A stretch of 57,259 bases of DNA from an uncultured Oscillospiraceae bacterium (GCA_964447925.1 CAYUUP010000001.1:1-57259), one strand, 5' to 3'; shown: positions 1-9,370, numbered from the stretch's first letter. A program made the numbers and translations. Notes: generated by a model not told the origin, from the letters alone.

Positions 1-1
1 C

Positions 2-487
<486 letters not shown>

Positions 488-610
488 TTAAGTGTAGTCT
501 GTGTTCCACGTGTAAAACAACTAAAATTAGCCCCTGTTATACGGAGCGCCCTAAGATAGCAAACCATCAGTTTTATGGAAAATGCATCAGTCTGGCGGGA
601 CTGAAAAGCG

Positions 611-647
611 AGCAGCGGCGTCTGGCTTTGGCTGGACGCCGCTTGCT
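611..647 (+). terminator. Imperfect GC-rich hairpin downstream of gap (possible terminator, no U-tract)
   Basis: agcagcggcgtc (611-622) pairs with gacgccgcttgct (635-647) with one bulge. The following sequence, aaatag, is not T-rich. Confidence 0.3.
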
Positions 648-705
648 GAAATAGTTAATCACGCGTTCAAAGCGAAATAAGCCGAAAATTTGGAGGAGAA
701 AACAA

Positions 706-1131
706 ATGGAATATATTCGATGTAGCAAAGATAATATGGTCGGGTTAATGGCACTTCAGCTCGGTTACAAGCAGGAGATTGGTGAGAATCTACCCACGGA
801 TGAAAACTTTAACAGCCTTTGCGAGGCTGTTTCAAAAGGACGGATTATTTTCTATGGGTGCATTGATGAGGGCAGATTGATCGCCTGTTGCTCCATCACA
901 CCGACCTATTCCACTTTTAACTACCAAATCGGAGGCGTGTTTGAGGATTTCTACATTGTTCCAGAATATCGGCACAGAGGAATCGCAAGACAGTTAGTTA
1001 AATTTGCCTATAGGGAGAGCGGCGTAGGTTCTCTCACAGTTGGATGCGCAGATTGTGATGTTAAAATGTATCAATCATTAGGTTTCACGGTTCTACTCGG
1101 AAATTTGTTTGCGTTTGAAAGTAAAGCCTAG
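706..1131 (+). CDS. GNAT-family N-acetyltransferase
   Basis: 141-aa ORF with RBS ggaggag upstream. It carries an acetyl-CoA binding-like segment, YRHRGIARQLV (R-x-x-G-x-A type). The gene is A/T-richer than its neighbours. Confidence 0.75.
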   Translation: MEYIRCSKDNMVGLMALQLGYKQEIGENLPTDENFNSLCEAVSKGRIIFYGCIDEGRLIACCSITPTYSTFNYQIGGVFEDFYIVPEYRHRGIARQLVKFAYRESGVGSLTVGCADCDVKMYQSLGFTVLLGNLFAFESKA

Positions 1132-1269
1132 ATTTGCTAGGAAAACGGATCTGAACTGAGGGACAGCTGTTTCGCCTGTCAAGATGTGGAAAGAGGATGG
1201 GTGCGCCATCCGCGAAACGTTGGACTGTCCCAGACGGCAGACTCGTGGATCAAAGATCGGGGGAATACG

Positions 1270-2400
1270 ATGTTTGAACTGTTAAAAAAAGAGGGCCGCG
1301 CCCGTAGAGGCCGTTTTGTTTGTGCCCACGGTACGGTGGAAACTCCGGTCTTTATGAATGTGGGTACTCAGGCCGCCATCAAAGGGGGGCTGGACGCTGA
1401 GGACTTGAAAGGGCTAGGGTGCCAGATTGAACTTTCCAACACCTATCACCTCCATGTTCGCCCTGGCGAGGATGTAGTACGGGCGCTGGGAGGACTTCAC
1501 AGCTTCATGGGCTGGGATGGCCCCATTCTGACGGACAGCGGTGGCTTTCAGGTTTTCTCCCTGGCCATGCGGCGGAACATCAGGGAAGAGGGCGTCACTT
1601 TTTCCAGCCATGTGGATGGGCGGAAGATCTTTATGGGACCGGAGGAATCCATGCAGATCCAGGCCAGTCTCGGCGCGGATATTGCTATGGCCTTTGATGA
1701 ATGCGTAGAAAACCCATCCACTCATGAGTACGTGGAGCGGTCTGTTGCCCGCACCACCCGCTGGCTGAAGCGCTGCGTTCTGGAGCATCAGAGATTGATG
1801 GAGCAACCCGGATGTGTCAACCCTCGGCAGATGCTCTTTGGCATCAACCAGGGGGGGATCTACCCCGACCTGCGGGTGGCCCAAATGCGGGAAATCGCTG
1901 ACTTGGGCTGCGATGGCTACGCCATCGGCGGGCTAGCGGTCGGGGAGACCACCGAAACCATGTATGAGATCATCACAGCAGTGGAACCCTATATGCCAGA
2001 GGACAGGCCCCGCTATTTGATGGGGGTGGGAACACCCTCCAATATCATCGAGGGCGTGGCCCGGGGTATTGATTTTTTTGACTGCGTAATGCCCGCCAGG
2101 AATGCCCGCCATGGCAAACTCTATACCTGGGATGGCACAATCAACATTAAAAACGAGAAATACAGGCGGGATGGCCACCCCATCGATCCTACCTGTCAGT
2201 GTCCCACATGCCGCAATCACAGCCGGGCCTATCTCCGGCACCTGATGCAAGCAGGGGAGACGCTGGCCCTGCGCCTGGCAGTACAGCATAATCTCTGGTT
2301 TTATAACCATCTGATGGAAGTCATTCGCGACAGCCTGGACAGTGGCGTTTTTGGCGATTTTCGGCGGAAATATTCGGAACAATTGGGCCGCAGACTGTGA
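1270..2400 (+). CDS. tgt: Queuine tRNA-ribosyltransferase (tRNA-guanine transglycosylase)
   Basis: MFELLKKEGRARRGRF.. N-terminus, LTDSGGFQV motif and zinc site CQCPTCRNHSRAYLRHL. ATG at 1270 is preferred over the upstream GTG at 1186, which would add 28 non-conserved residues. Confidence 0.93.
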   Translation: MFELLKKEGRARRGRFVCAHGTVETPVFMNVGTQAAIKGGLDAEDLKGLGCQIELSNTYHLHVRPGEDVVRALGGLHSFMGWDGPILTDSGGFQVFSLAMRRNIREEGVTFSSHVDGRKIFMGPEESMQIQASLGADIAMAFDECVENPSTHEYVERSVARTTRWLKRCVLEHQRLMEQPGCVNPRQMLFGINQGGIYPDLRVAQMREIADLGCDGYAIGGLAVGETTETMYEIITAVEPYMPEDRPRYLMGVGTPSNIIEGVARGIDFFDCVMPARNARHGKLYTWDGTINIKNEKYRRDGHPIDPTCQCPTCRNHSRAYLRHLMQAGETLALRLAVQHNLWFYNHLMEVIRDSLDSGVFGDFRRKYSEQLGRRL

Positions 2401-2430
2401 TTTTGGGGAAACTCTATAAAGATTTTGTGG

Positions 2431-2479
2431 TTTGAAAGCATTGCAACCATACGAAAGCCGGTCTTTGAAAGTCTTGCAA
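2431..2479. repeat. Two 16-nt direct repeats TTTGAAAG-NN-TTGCAA spaced 33 bp start to start
   Basis: tttgaaagcattgcaa (2431-2446) and tttgaaagtcttgcaa (2464-2479) match at 14 of 16 positions. They lie in the non-coding tract between tgt and the downstream promoter. Confidence 0.4.
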
Positions 2480-2633
2480 ATTAAGGCTTCCAAAGACTGA
2501 TTCGCGTTTGATTAGGCCTGGCATAGTACGAAGTGTATACTGTCCCCTTGCTGATATCGTGCCTGTACCCTTCTTCCGTTATTTTGCTTATTATAGCGTG
2601 GCGGATATTGATTACATACGACAGAATCAACAA

Positions 2634-2672
2634 ATCCCAAAATACCTATTGACATAATAGGTATTTTGGGAT
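2634..2672. promoter_or_regulatory. Perfect 17-bp-arm inverted repeat (operator-like) overlapping the promoter
   Basis: atcccaaaatacctatt (2634-2650), spacer gacat, then aataggtattttgggat (2656-2672). The arms are exact reverse complements. The palindrome covers the -35 box, the spacer and the first base of the -10 box. Confidence 0.6.
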
Positions 2673-2677
2673 ATAAT
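2649..2677 (+). promoter_or_regulatory. Consensus sigma-A-type promoter (TTGACA-17-TATAAT)
   Basis: TTGACA at 2649-2654, a 17-nt spacer, TATAAT at 2672-2677. It sits about 250 nt upstream of the ABC transporter genes. Confidence 0.7.
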
Positions 2678-2722
2678 GCGTCTATCGGTTTTGCGCGGAC
2701 TATTCAAAATGAGGCGAAAATA

Positions 2723-2842
2723 ATGGTTACATTCATTCAAAAGAAAACCAATAGCATCATGTGTTGTCGAATGCTAAACTCTTGGGCATATTATATGGCT
2801 GAGGTGCGGTGGTGCTTGTACGCGCCTCAACATGGTACTTGA
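2723..2842 (+). CDS. Candidate leader peptide uORF (39 codons) with tandem Cys codons
   Basis: ATG at 2723 is preceded by GAGG (2711-2714). Translation: MVTFIQKKTNSIMCCRMLNSWAYYMAEVRWCLYAPQHGT. TGT TGT occupies 2762-2767. No homology support; too short for the ORF track. Confidence 0.25.
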   Translation: MVTFIQKKTNSIMCCRMLNSWAYYMAEVRWCLYAPQHGT

Positions 2843-2875
2843 CGAAATCTGTCAGTATATCGCTTGCCATTTGCC

Positions 2876-2910
2876 CGGGAGCTTGTCAGGAGCTTCCGAT
2901 TTTTATTTGC
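2876..2910 (+). terminator. Weak hairpin plus U-tract just before the transporter RBS (possible attenuator)
   Basis: cgggagc (2876-2882) pairs with gcttccg (2892-2898), 7 bp including one G-U. It is followed by atttttattt. The RBS aaggag is at 2915-2920. Confidence 0.3.
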
Positions 2911-2929
2911 CAAAAAGGAGACAGATGCC

Positions 2930-3589
2930 TTGAATTGGGAGTTTATTGAAAAATATCTGCCGCTGTACAAACAAGCAGCAGCACTGACAGTGAAACTCGG
3001 ATTGATGGGGATAGTGGCCGCCAGTCTTGTTGGTCTGGTGTGTACAGTAATTCAGTACTATAAAATTCCGCTTGCCAGACAGATCGTGGCTGTCTATATT
3101 GAGATCAGCAGAAACACTCCGCTTTTGGTGCAGCTGTTTTTTATCTATTACGGTCTGCCAAAAATCGGAATCCAGACGGATGCGGCAACCTGTGGCGTGG
3201 CAGGGCTGGCATTTCTTGGCGGCAGCTACATGGCAGAGGCCTTCCGCAGCGGTATTGAAGCGGTAGAGCCGATTCAGGAGGAAAGCGCATACAGCCTTGG
3301 CCTTGGAAGAATACAGACCATGCGCTATGTAATTTTACCGCAGGCATTGGCCATCAGTGTCCCGGCATTCATGGCAAATGTAATATTCCTGCTGAAGGAA
3401 ACCAGCGTGTTCTCCGCCATCAGCCTGATGGATCTAATGTTCACTGCAAAGGATTTGATCGGACTGTACTATAAAACGGCAGAAAGTCTGTTTTTGCTGG
3501 TTGTGTTCTATTTGTTGATCCTGCTTCCGGTTTCCTTGCTGGGAAGCCTCTGGGAAAGGAGGCTGCGCCATGCCGGATTTGGGTCTTGA
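2930..3589 (+). CDS. Amino-acid ABC transporter permease (His/Glu/Gln/Arg/opine family)
   Basis: Multi-TM protein with an EAA-loop-like segment, EAFRSGIEAVEPIQEESAYSLGLGRIQTMRYVILPQA. The likely start is TTG at 2930, 9 nt after AAGGAG. The longer ORF from 2864 has no RBS. Confidence 0.85.
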   Translation: MNWEFIEKYLPLYKQAAALTVKLGLMGIVAASLVGLVCTVIQYYKIPLARQIVAVYIEISRNTPLLVQLFFIYYGLPKIGIQTDAATCGVAGLAFLGGSYMAEAFRSGIEAVEPIQEESAYSLGLGRIQTMRYVILPQALAISVPAFMANVIFLLKETSVFSAISLMDLMFTAKDLIGLYYKTAESLFLLVVFYLLILLPVSLLGSLWERRLRHAGFGS

Positions 3590-4244
3590 GGTGTTGTTAA
3601 AAGGCAAAAATTTTGCACGCATTTTGGGCGGACTTGGCGTGGCACTCAAGATCAGCATAATTGCTGTAGCGATTAGCATTCCACTCGGAATTGTGCTTGG
3701 AATCCTGATGACATGGAAGAATCCAGTCTGCAGGGTGATTACGCGATGTTATCTGGAATTTATCCGCATTATGCCTCAAATGGTACTTCTGTTTTTGGTG
3801 TATTTTGGAACAACGAGGGCATTCGGCTGGAATTTATCAGGGGAGCTTGCCTCGGTGATTGTGTTCGTTATCTGGGGAACCGCTGAAATGGGCGATCTCG
3901 TGCGCGGGGCAATCACCAGCATCCCGGTGCATCAGTATGAAAGTGCGGAAACCTTGGGGCTTAACAGGATACAGACATACAGATACATTGTCCTTCCGCA
4001 GACGGTGCGGCGGCTGATTCCGCTATCAATCAACCTGATTACAAGGATGATAAAAACTACTAGCCTGGTTCTGATGATTGGTGTGGTCGAGGTGTTGAAG
4101 GTCGCGCAGCAGATAATTGAAGCCAATCGGATGAGCAGCCCGAATGCCGCGTTTGGCATTTACTTTACAGTGTTTATACTCTACTTTATCGCCTGCTGGC
4201 CCATCAGCCTGGCTGCGAAATACTTTGAGAAAAGGTGGAGGTGA
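3570..4244 (+). CDS. Amino-acid ABC transporter permease (second subunit)
   Basis: Multi-TM protein with the segment [35 protein letters not shown]. It overlaps the previous permease by 20 nt. Confidence 0.88.
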   Translation: MPDLGLEVLLKGKNFARILGGLGVALKISIIAVAISIPLGIVLGILMTWKNPVCRVITRCYLEFIRIMPQMVLLFLVYFGTTRAFGWNLSGELASVIVFVIWGTAEMGDLVRGAITSIPVHQYESAETLGLNRIQTYRYIVLPQTVRRLIPLSINLITRMIKTTSLVLMIGVVEVLKVAQQIIEANRMSSPNAAFGIYFTVFILYFIACWPISLAAKYFEKRWR

Positions 4245-4248
4245 GAAT

Positions 4249-5058
4249 ATGACAGGACCGATTTTAACAGTAGAGCATTTGACAAAGCGGTTTGACAATT
4301 TGACAGTTCTGGATGACTTAAGTCTCCAGGTGTATGAGGGTGAGGTCATTGTTATTGTCGGGCCGAGTGGATGCGGAAAGAGTACATTGCTTCGATGTAT
4401 TAACGCCCTGGAGGATATTCAGGGCGGTGAGATCAGGCTGAATGGAGAACTTGTCTCCAAAAGTAGCAAAAAGTTGACGGGGCTTCGGGAGAAGATCGGC
4501 ATGGTATTCCAGAGTTATGAACTGTTTCCTCATATGACAGTGCTGGACAATATTATACTAGCGCCGACAAAGGTCCAGAAGCGACCAAAAGCGGAGGTTC
4601 GGGAAGAAGCGCTGTCCCTGCTGTCCCGTGTGGGGCTTAAGGAAAAGGCTGACAGCTTTCCAAGACAGCTTTCTGGCGGCCAAAAGCAGAGAGTGGCAAT
4701 CGTCAGAGCCCTGTGTATGCATCCTGAAATCATGCTGTTTGATGAAGTAACTGCGGCGCTCGACCCAGAAATGGTCAGAGAGGTTTTGGAGGTTATCTTG
4801 AAACTCGCGGATCAGGGACGGACAATGCTGATCGTGACGCATGAGATGCAGTTTGCAAGGGCGGTGGCGGACAGAGTCATCTTTCTGGAGGACGGGACGA
4901 TAAAGGAAGAAGGGACGCCGGAGCAGTTCTTTGACTGCCCAAAAACGGAACGGGCAAAGAGATTTTTACAAACCTTTACCTTTGAGCGGAAGGGTTCAAA
5001 CAAAACTGACACAGGGTACATACCCGGAAATGGAGATTATCATGAAGAAAATTCGTAG
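4249..5058 (+). CDS. Amino-acid ABC transporter ATP-binding protein
   Basis: Walker [10 protein letters not shown], signature [15 protein letters not shown], Walker [15 protein letters not shown] at 4249 follows the RBS ggtggaggtg. Confidence 0.92.
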   Translation: MTGPILTVEHLTKRFDNLTVLDDLSLQVYEGEVIVIVGPSGCGKSTLLRCINALEDIQGGEIRLNGELVSKSSKKLTGLREKIGMVFQSYELFPHMTVLDNIILAPTKVQKRPKAEVREEALSLLSRVGLKEKADSFPRQLSGGQKQRVAIVRALCMHPEIMLFDEVTAALDPEMVREVLEVILKLADQGRTMLIVTHEMQFARAVADRVIFLEDGTIKEEGTPEQFFDCPKTERAKRFLQTFTFERKGSNKTDTGYIPGNGDYHEENS

Positions 5059-5923
5059 GATCACAACACTTTTACTGACCTTGGCACTGGCGTTTTCGCT
5101 TGCTGCCTGCGGAGCATCAAATTCAAAGGATGATTCCGGCACGGGCAGCAGTGACAAAGAGGGCGAAACGGTATACCGCACTTTGGATGAGATCAAAGAG
5201 AGCGGTACAATCAACATTGGCGTGTTCTCTGACAAAAACCCATTCGGGTATGTCGATGAGAACGGTGACTATCAGGGGTACGATGTCTTTTTTGCCGAGC
5301 GGCTTGGCGAGGATCTGGCTGTAGAAATCAACTACGTATCCACTGAGGCAGCGAACCGCATTGAATATTTGCAAACCGGTAAGGTGGATATTATCCTCGC
5401 CAACTTCACCGTCACGGAAGAGAGGGCGGAAGAGGTTGACTTTGCACTTCCCTACATGAATGTGGCTCTTGGTGTAGTTTCGCCTGACAGCAATGTCATC
5501 GAAAGCCTGGATAATTGGAATGCGGATGACCAGATTATTGTGATTTCCGGAACAACTGCGGAAACCTACCTGATCGAGAATTATCCTGATATTCCGCTTC
5601 AGAAGTATGATTCCTATGCGACGGCTAAGAACGCCTTGGAAAACGGAAATGGTGTGGCGTGGGCGAATGACAACACCGAGGTTATTGCCTTTGCACTTCA
5701 GAATGAAGGATACACGGTTGGCATTCCGTCCTTGGGAAGCCAGGACACTATCGCGCCAGCAGTGTCAAAGGGCAACAGCACACTGCTTGACTGGCTGAAC
5801 GAGGAGATTGAAGCCCTGGGAGAGGAGAAATTTTTCCATGCAGACTATGAAGCGACGCTGGTTGATACCTATGGACTGGATTATGAGGATAGCCTTGTAG
5901 TGGAAGGCGGCAAGACAGAATAG
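5042..5923 (+). CDS. Amino-acid ABC transporter substrate-binding lipoprotein (family 3 SBP)
   Basis: Lipoprotein signal [24 protein letters not shown] followed by a periplasmic-binding-protein-like body. It overlaps the ATPase stop by 17 nt. Confidence 0.88.
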   Translation: MKKIRRITTLLLTLALAFSLAACGASNSKDDSGTGSSDKEGETVYRTLDEIKESGTINIGVFSDKNPFGYVDENGDYQGYDVFFAERLGEDLAVEINYVSTEAANRIEYLQTGKVDIILANFTVTEERAEEVDFALPYMNVALGVVSPDSNVIESLDNWNADDQIIVISGTTAETYLIENYPDIPLQKYDSYATAKNALENGNGVAWANDNTEVIAFALQNEGYTVGIPSLGSQDTIAPAVSKGNSTLLDWLNEEIEALGEEKFFHADYEATLVDTYGLDYEDSLVVEGGKTE

Positions 5924-6010
5924 ATGATATGTCATCAGGAAGCAGGTCGGGCAGCCATCAGTCTGATCGGCTTCCTGGTGACTTGTGTATCAGAAAAGGG
6001 GAATCAGCCG

Positions 6011-7294
6011 ATGTTTCATGTTGAATATCCAGGCATCAGAGATGTCCTGTTAAAAGGGCAATTCGGGCTAGAAAGAGAGAGCCTACGAATAGATGAAAAT
6101 GGTTTTCTGTCCCATACATTTCACCCTTTTCCCGAGAATATTCATATTGTGCGGGATTTTTGTGAAAACCAGACGGAAATCAATACGCCGATTACAAACA
6201 GCCCTGATGAAGCGGTTGATGTGCTTGCGCAGCTGAACCGTTCCCTTCAGATCAAATTATATAGACAGCATCCCAGAGAGATTCTGTGGCCGTTTTCCAA
6301 TCCGCCATACATCAGGGGAGAAGAAGACATTCCAATTGCGAAATTCACGGGATCTGAAATGGGAAAGACAGCTTATCGGGAATATCTCTCAAAGCGCTAT
6401 GGACGTTACAAGATGTCTTTTTCCGGAATCCATGTAAATTTCTCTTTCGATGAAGAATTGCTGCGGCGGGATTTTGCCCTTGGAAATGAGTCTGACTACC
6501 CGACCTATAAAAATCAGGTGTATCTTTCATTGGCACAAAGAATGATCGCTTACGGCTGGCTCTTAGTTGCGCTTACGGCAGCCAGTCCGTTGATGGACAG
6601 TTCATTCACGGAAAAGGGGAAATTTGACGGGGATATTTTTTATGGGATGGCGTCCGTCCGTTGCAGCGAGCTTGGCTATTGGAATTATTTCACACCAGTG
6701 CTGAATTACGGCAGCCTGGGCGCTTATACGGACAGTATACAGCGGTATGTGACGGATGGCTGGATTCAGGCTCCAAGCGAACTTTATTATCCCATCCGTT
6801 TAAAGCCGTCTGGGAATAATACGCTTGAGCGCCTTCGCCAATACGGAGTAAACCATATTGAGCTTCGGATGTTCGACTTGAATCCGTTTGCTCCGGCGGG
6901 GGTTGATGTCCGCGATATAAAATTCGCACACTTAATGATGGTATGGCTGGCATCCACGCCAGATCAGGAAATTGATGAAAGAGACCAGGTAAACGCGATT
7001 GCGAATTATAAGAATGCAGCGCATTATGATTTGAAAACAGTGCGGATTATTGCGCCGGATGGAGAAAACTACTCCGTTGCCCGTGCAGCGAAAAATGTAA
7101 TCGGCTTTATGCGGGATTTTTACAATAGCGCGTCACAGGAGGTCAAGAATATCCTTGATTTTGAAGAGAGAAAACTGATTGACCCGGAAACGCGCTATTC
7201 ATGGCAGGTACGCCGATCTTTTCAGGACGGGTTTGTAAAGAAAGGGCTGGAGCTTGCAAAGGAAAAACAGATGGAGGCAATTCGGGATGTGTGA
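6011..7294 (+). CDS. gshA: Glutamate--cysteine ligase (GshA-type gamma-glutamylcysteine synthetase)
   Basis: The N-terminal GLERESLRI.. and ..FSGIHVNFSF.. segments are typical of the GshA family. ATG at 6011 follows aaaagggg. No gshB domain is fused or adjacent. Confidence 0.8.
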   Translation: MFHVEYPGIRDVLLKGQFGLERESLRIDENGFLSHTFHPFPENIHIVRDFCENQTEINTPITNSPDEAVDVLAQLNRSLQIKLYRQHPREILWPFSNPPYIRGEEDIPIAKFTGSEMGKTAYREYLSKRYGRYKMSFSGIHVNFSFDEELLRRDFALGNESDYPTYKNQVYLSLAQRMIAYGWLLVALTAASPLMDSSFTEKGKFDGDIFYGMASVRCSELGYWNYFTPVLNYGSLGAYTDSIQRYVTDGWIQAPSELYYPIRLKPSGNNTLERLRQYGVNHIELRMFDLNPFAPAGVDVRDIKFAHLMMVWLASTPDQEIDERDQVNAIANYKNAAHYDLKTVRIIAPDGENYSVARAAKNVIGFMRDFYNSASQEVKNILDFEERKLIDPETRYSWQVRRSFQDGFVKKGLELAKEKQMEAIRDV

Positions 7295-8060
7295 ACTATT
7301 GGGAATCAGCAGTGCGAAGCGCTTGTATGCCAATGACCTGCTGAAGGAATTCTATTCCCACAGTGAGTTTCATCCGAACGGTTGGGGACTGGCTGTTTTT
7401 CACGGAGATGTTGCCTCTATTGAAAAAGAACCAATAAGAGCTATGGACAGCATATATCTCAGGCAAAGGCTTCGCCACAGGCTAGAAGCGAAAACGCTGA
7501 TTGCTCACATACGGCTGGCGACCAAGGGAAGTGTTGATTATGAAAATTGTCATCCCTTTGTCCGGCAGGATGCAGGCGGCAGACGGTGGACGCTGGCCCA
7601 CAACGGCACAATATTTCATGGGGATTTGCTTGACCAATACTTTTATCAGCAGGAAGGCGAGACGGACAGTGAGAGGATTCTGTATTATATCGTAGATCAA
7701 GTCAATTTGCGTCAGAGCCAGCTTGGCAGGAGGCTTGGCTCCGATGAGCGATTTGCCCTGATTGACTGTGTTGTATGTGCGCTTGCCGATGGCAACAAGT
7801 TGAATCTGCTGTTATATGACGGAGATATGATGTATGTTCATACGAATTATGAACATTCGCTGTATATCTGCAAGTCAGAGGAAGCCGCCTACCTGGTGAC
7901 AAAGCCTGTTGGACGGTATGATTGGGAAGCTCTGCCAATGAATACGTTGATTTCATACAGGCAAGGAAAACAGATTTATTCTGGTACAGATCATGGGATG
8001 GAATATGTGGATAATGAACAGGATATGAAATACCTGCATTTGGATTCGGCTTGGCTGTAG
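7287..8060 (+). CDS. Class-II (Ntn) glutamine amidotransferase, YafJ/EgtC-like
   Basis: It begins MCELLGISS.., with the nucleophile Cys directly after Met as in YafJ and EgtC. Its start overlaps the gshA stop (ATGTGTGA), indicating translational coupling. Confidence 0.8.
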   Translation: MCELLGISSAKRLYANDLLKEFYSHSEFHPNGWGLAVFHGDVASIEKEPIRAMDSIYLRQRLRHRLEAKTLIAHIRLATKGSVDYENCHPFVRQDAGGRRWTLAHNGTIFHGDLLDQYFYQQEGETDSERILYYIVDQVNLRQSQLGRRLGSDERFALIDCVVCALADGNKLNLLLYDGDMMYVHTNYEHSLYICKSEEAAYLVTKPVGRYDWEALPMNTLISYRQGKQIYSGTDHGMEYVDNEQDMKYLHLDSAWL

Positions 8061-8173
8061 AATAGTTTGAGCGGTTGGACAAAGCATTGACTGTGAGAGA
8101 GCAATAGCGGAAATCAAAATGGAACAAATATAGGGCAGCTGCATGGATTATGGATTAAGGAGGGACTGCCATT

Positions 8174-9370
8174 ATGTCAAAGAAAGAGAATAAATTCCGG
8201 GGATATGATATTGCAACGCAGGCGGTGCATACAGGCACTGACTATGATGCAGAGACAGGAGCGGTAAGGCGGCCACTCCATATGGCGAACAGCTATAAAC
8301 TTCCGGACGATTTATCGCATGTCAACTACTCATCCACAGACCTGCTGATGTATTCAAGAAACGGCAATCCGAATCAGCACTGGCTTGAAGAGAAGATTGC
8401 GGCCCTGCATGATGCGGATGATGCAATTGTTCTCGCAAGTGGCGTGGCTGCATTGCACGCTCTTTTTTGGACACTCTTAAAATCAGGAGACCGGGTGGTT
8501 TATCCAAAAGTGAGCTATATGGCGGTTTACCGGATGTTCCATGAGCTTTTCAATCGAAAGTTCAATGTAGAAACCGTGATGGTGGATATGACGGATTTGG
8601 ATGCGGTGCGTAAAGCAATCACACCCAGAACACGTCTTGTACACATTGAGACACCGGATAATCCAACTGTTGGAATTACCGACATTGCGGAAATTGCCAG
8701 AATTGCCCATGAAAATGGTGCGGTACTTTCTGTAGACAATACATTCGCTTCTCCGCTGAATCAAAAGCCACTCGATCTTGGTGCAGATTATGTTGTTGAG
8801 GCACTCACAAAATTTGTCAATGGGCACGGAGACGCACAGGGCGGCGCAATCATATCAAATGATCTGGAAACAATGGATCGCATTCGCTATGAGGCACAGG
8901 TCAATGTGGGTTCAGTCATCAGTCCATTTAACGCGTGGCAGATATTCCGGGGTTCGGTTACATTCCCTCTCCGCATGCAGAGAATCAATGAATCTACGCA
9001 GAAGATTGCTGAATGGCTGACGCAGAGGGATAACGTCACATTCGTTTCTTACCCGGGGCTTCCAGATAATCCGGGGCATGAGATTGCAAAGAAACAGATG
9101 AAAAATGGATATGGCGGCGTGATTTCTTTTGGCATAAATACAGATGACAAGACAGTGGAGCGTTTCTGCGCAGAACTGAAAGTTGTTACATTTGCAGTTT
9201 CTCTCGGGCATGATGAGAGTCTGATTTTCCCGCAACCGAGTTATGACGAGCGAATCCATCTGTATCCTGAAAGATTCAGAAATGGTTTTATCCGCTTCAG
9301 TGTCGGTCTGGAAGAACCGACGGATATTATCGGGGATTTAGACCGGGCGCTGAAAGTGATCGGTCTATAG
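8174..9370 (+). CDS. PLP-dependent Cys/Met-metabolism enzyme (methionine gamma-lyase / cystathionine lyase-synthase family)
   Basis: 398 aa with the PLP-lysine motif EALTKFVNGHGD. Length and N-terminal ..ATQAVHTG.. fit the trans-sulfuration family. RBS aaggaggg. Confidence 0.85.
   Translation: MSKKENKFRGYDIATQAVHTGTDYDAETGAVRRPLHMANSYKLPDDLSHVNYSSTDLLMYSRNGNPNQHWLEEKIAALHDADDAIVLASGVAALHALFWTLLKSGDRVVYPKVSYMAVYRMFHELFNRKFNVETVMVDMTDLDAVRKAITPRTRLVHIETPDNPTVGITDIAEIARIAHENGAVLSVDNTFASPLNQKPLDLGADYVVEALTKFVNGHGDAQGGAIISNDLETMDRIRYEAQVNVGSVISPFNAWQIFRGSVTFPLRMQRINESTQKIAEWLTQRDNVTFVSYPGLPDNPGHEIAKKQMKNGYGGVISFGINTDDKTVERFCAELKVVTFAVSLGHDESLIFPQPSYDERIHLYPERFRNGFIRFSVGLEEPTDIIGDLDRALKVIGL

Noticed and set aside
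2684-2929. T-box or SAM (S-box) riboswitch in the leader of the sulfur-related cluster
   Set aside because: The string GGUGGUGC..UACGCG at 2806-2824 superficially recalls the T-box GGUGGUACCGCG, but it is interrupted by 6 nt. There is no AGAGA/GNUGGNA stem-I feature or specifier-loop context, and none of the S-box core strings are present.
4279-4310. Three TTGACA hexamers within 30 nt (tttgacaaagcggtttgacaatttgacag)
   Set aside because: They lie inside the ABC ATPase coding sequence (..[11 protein letters not shown]..), and no -10 element sits at a suitable distance. This is most likely a codon-driven coincidence.
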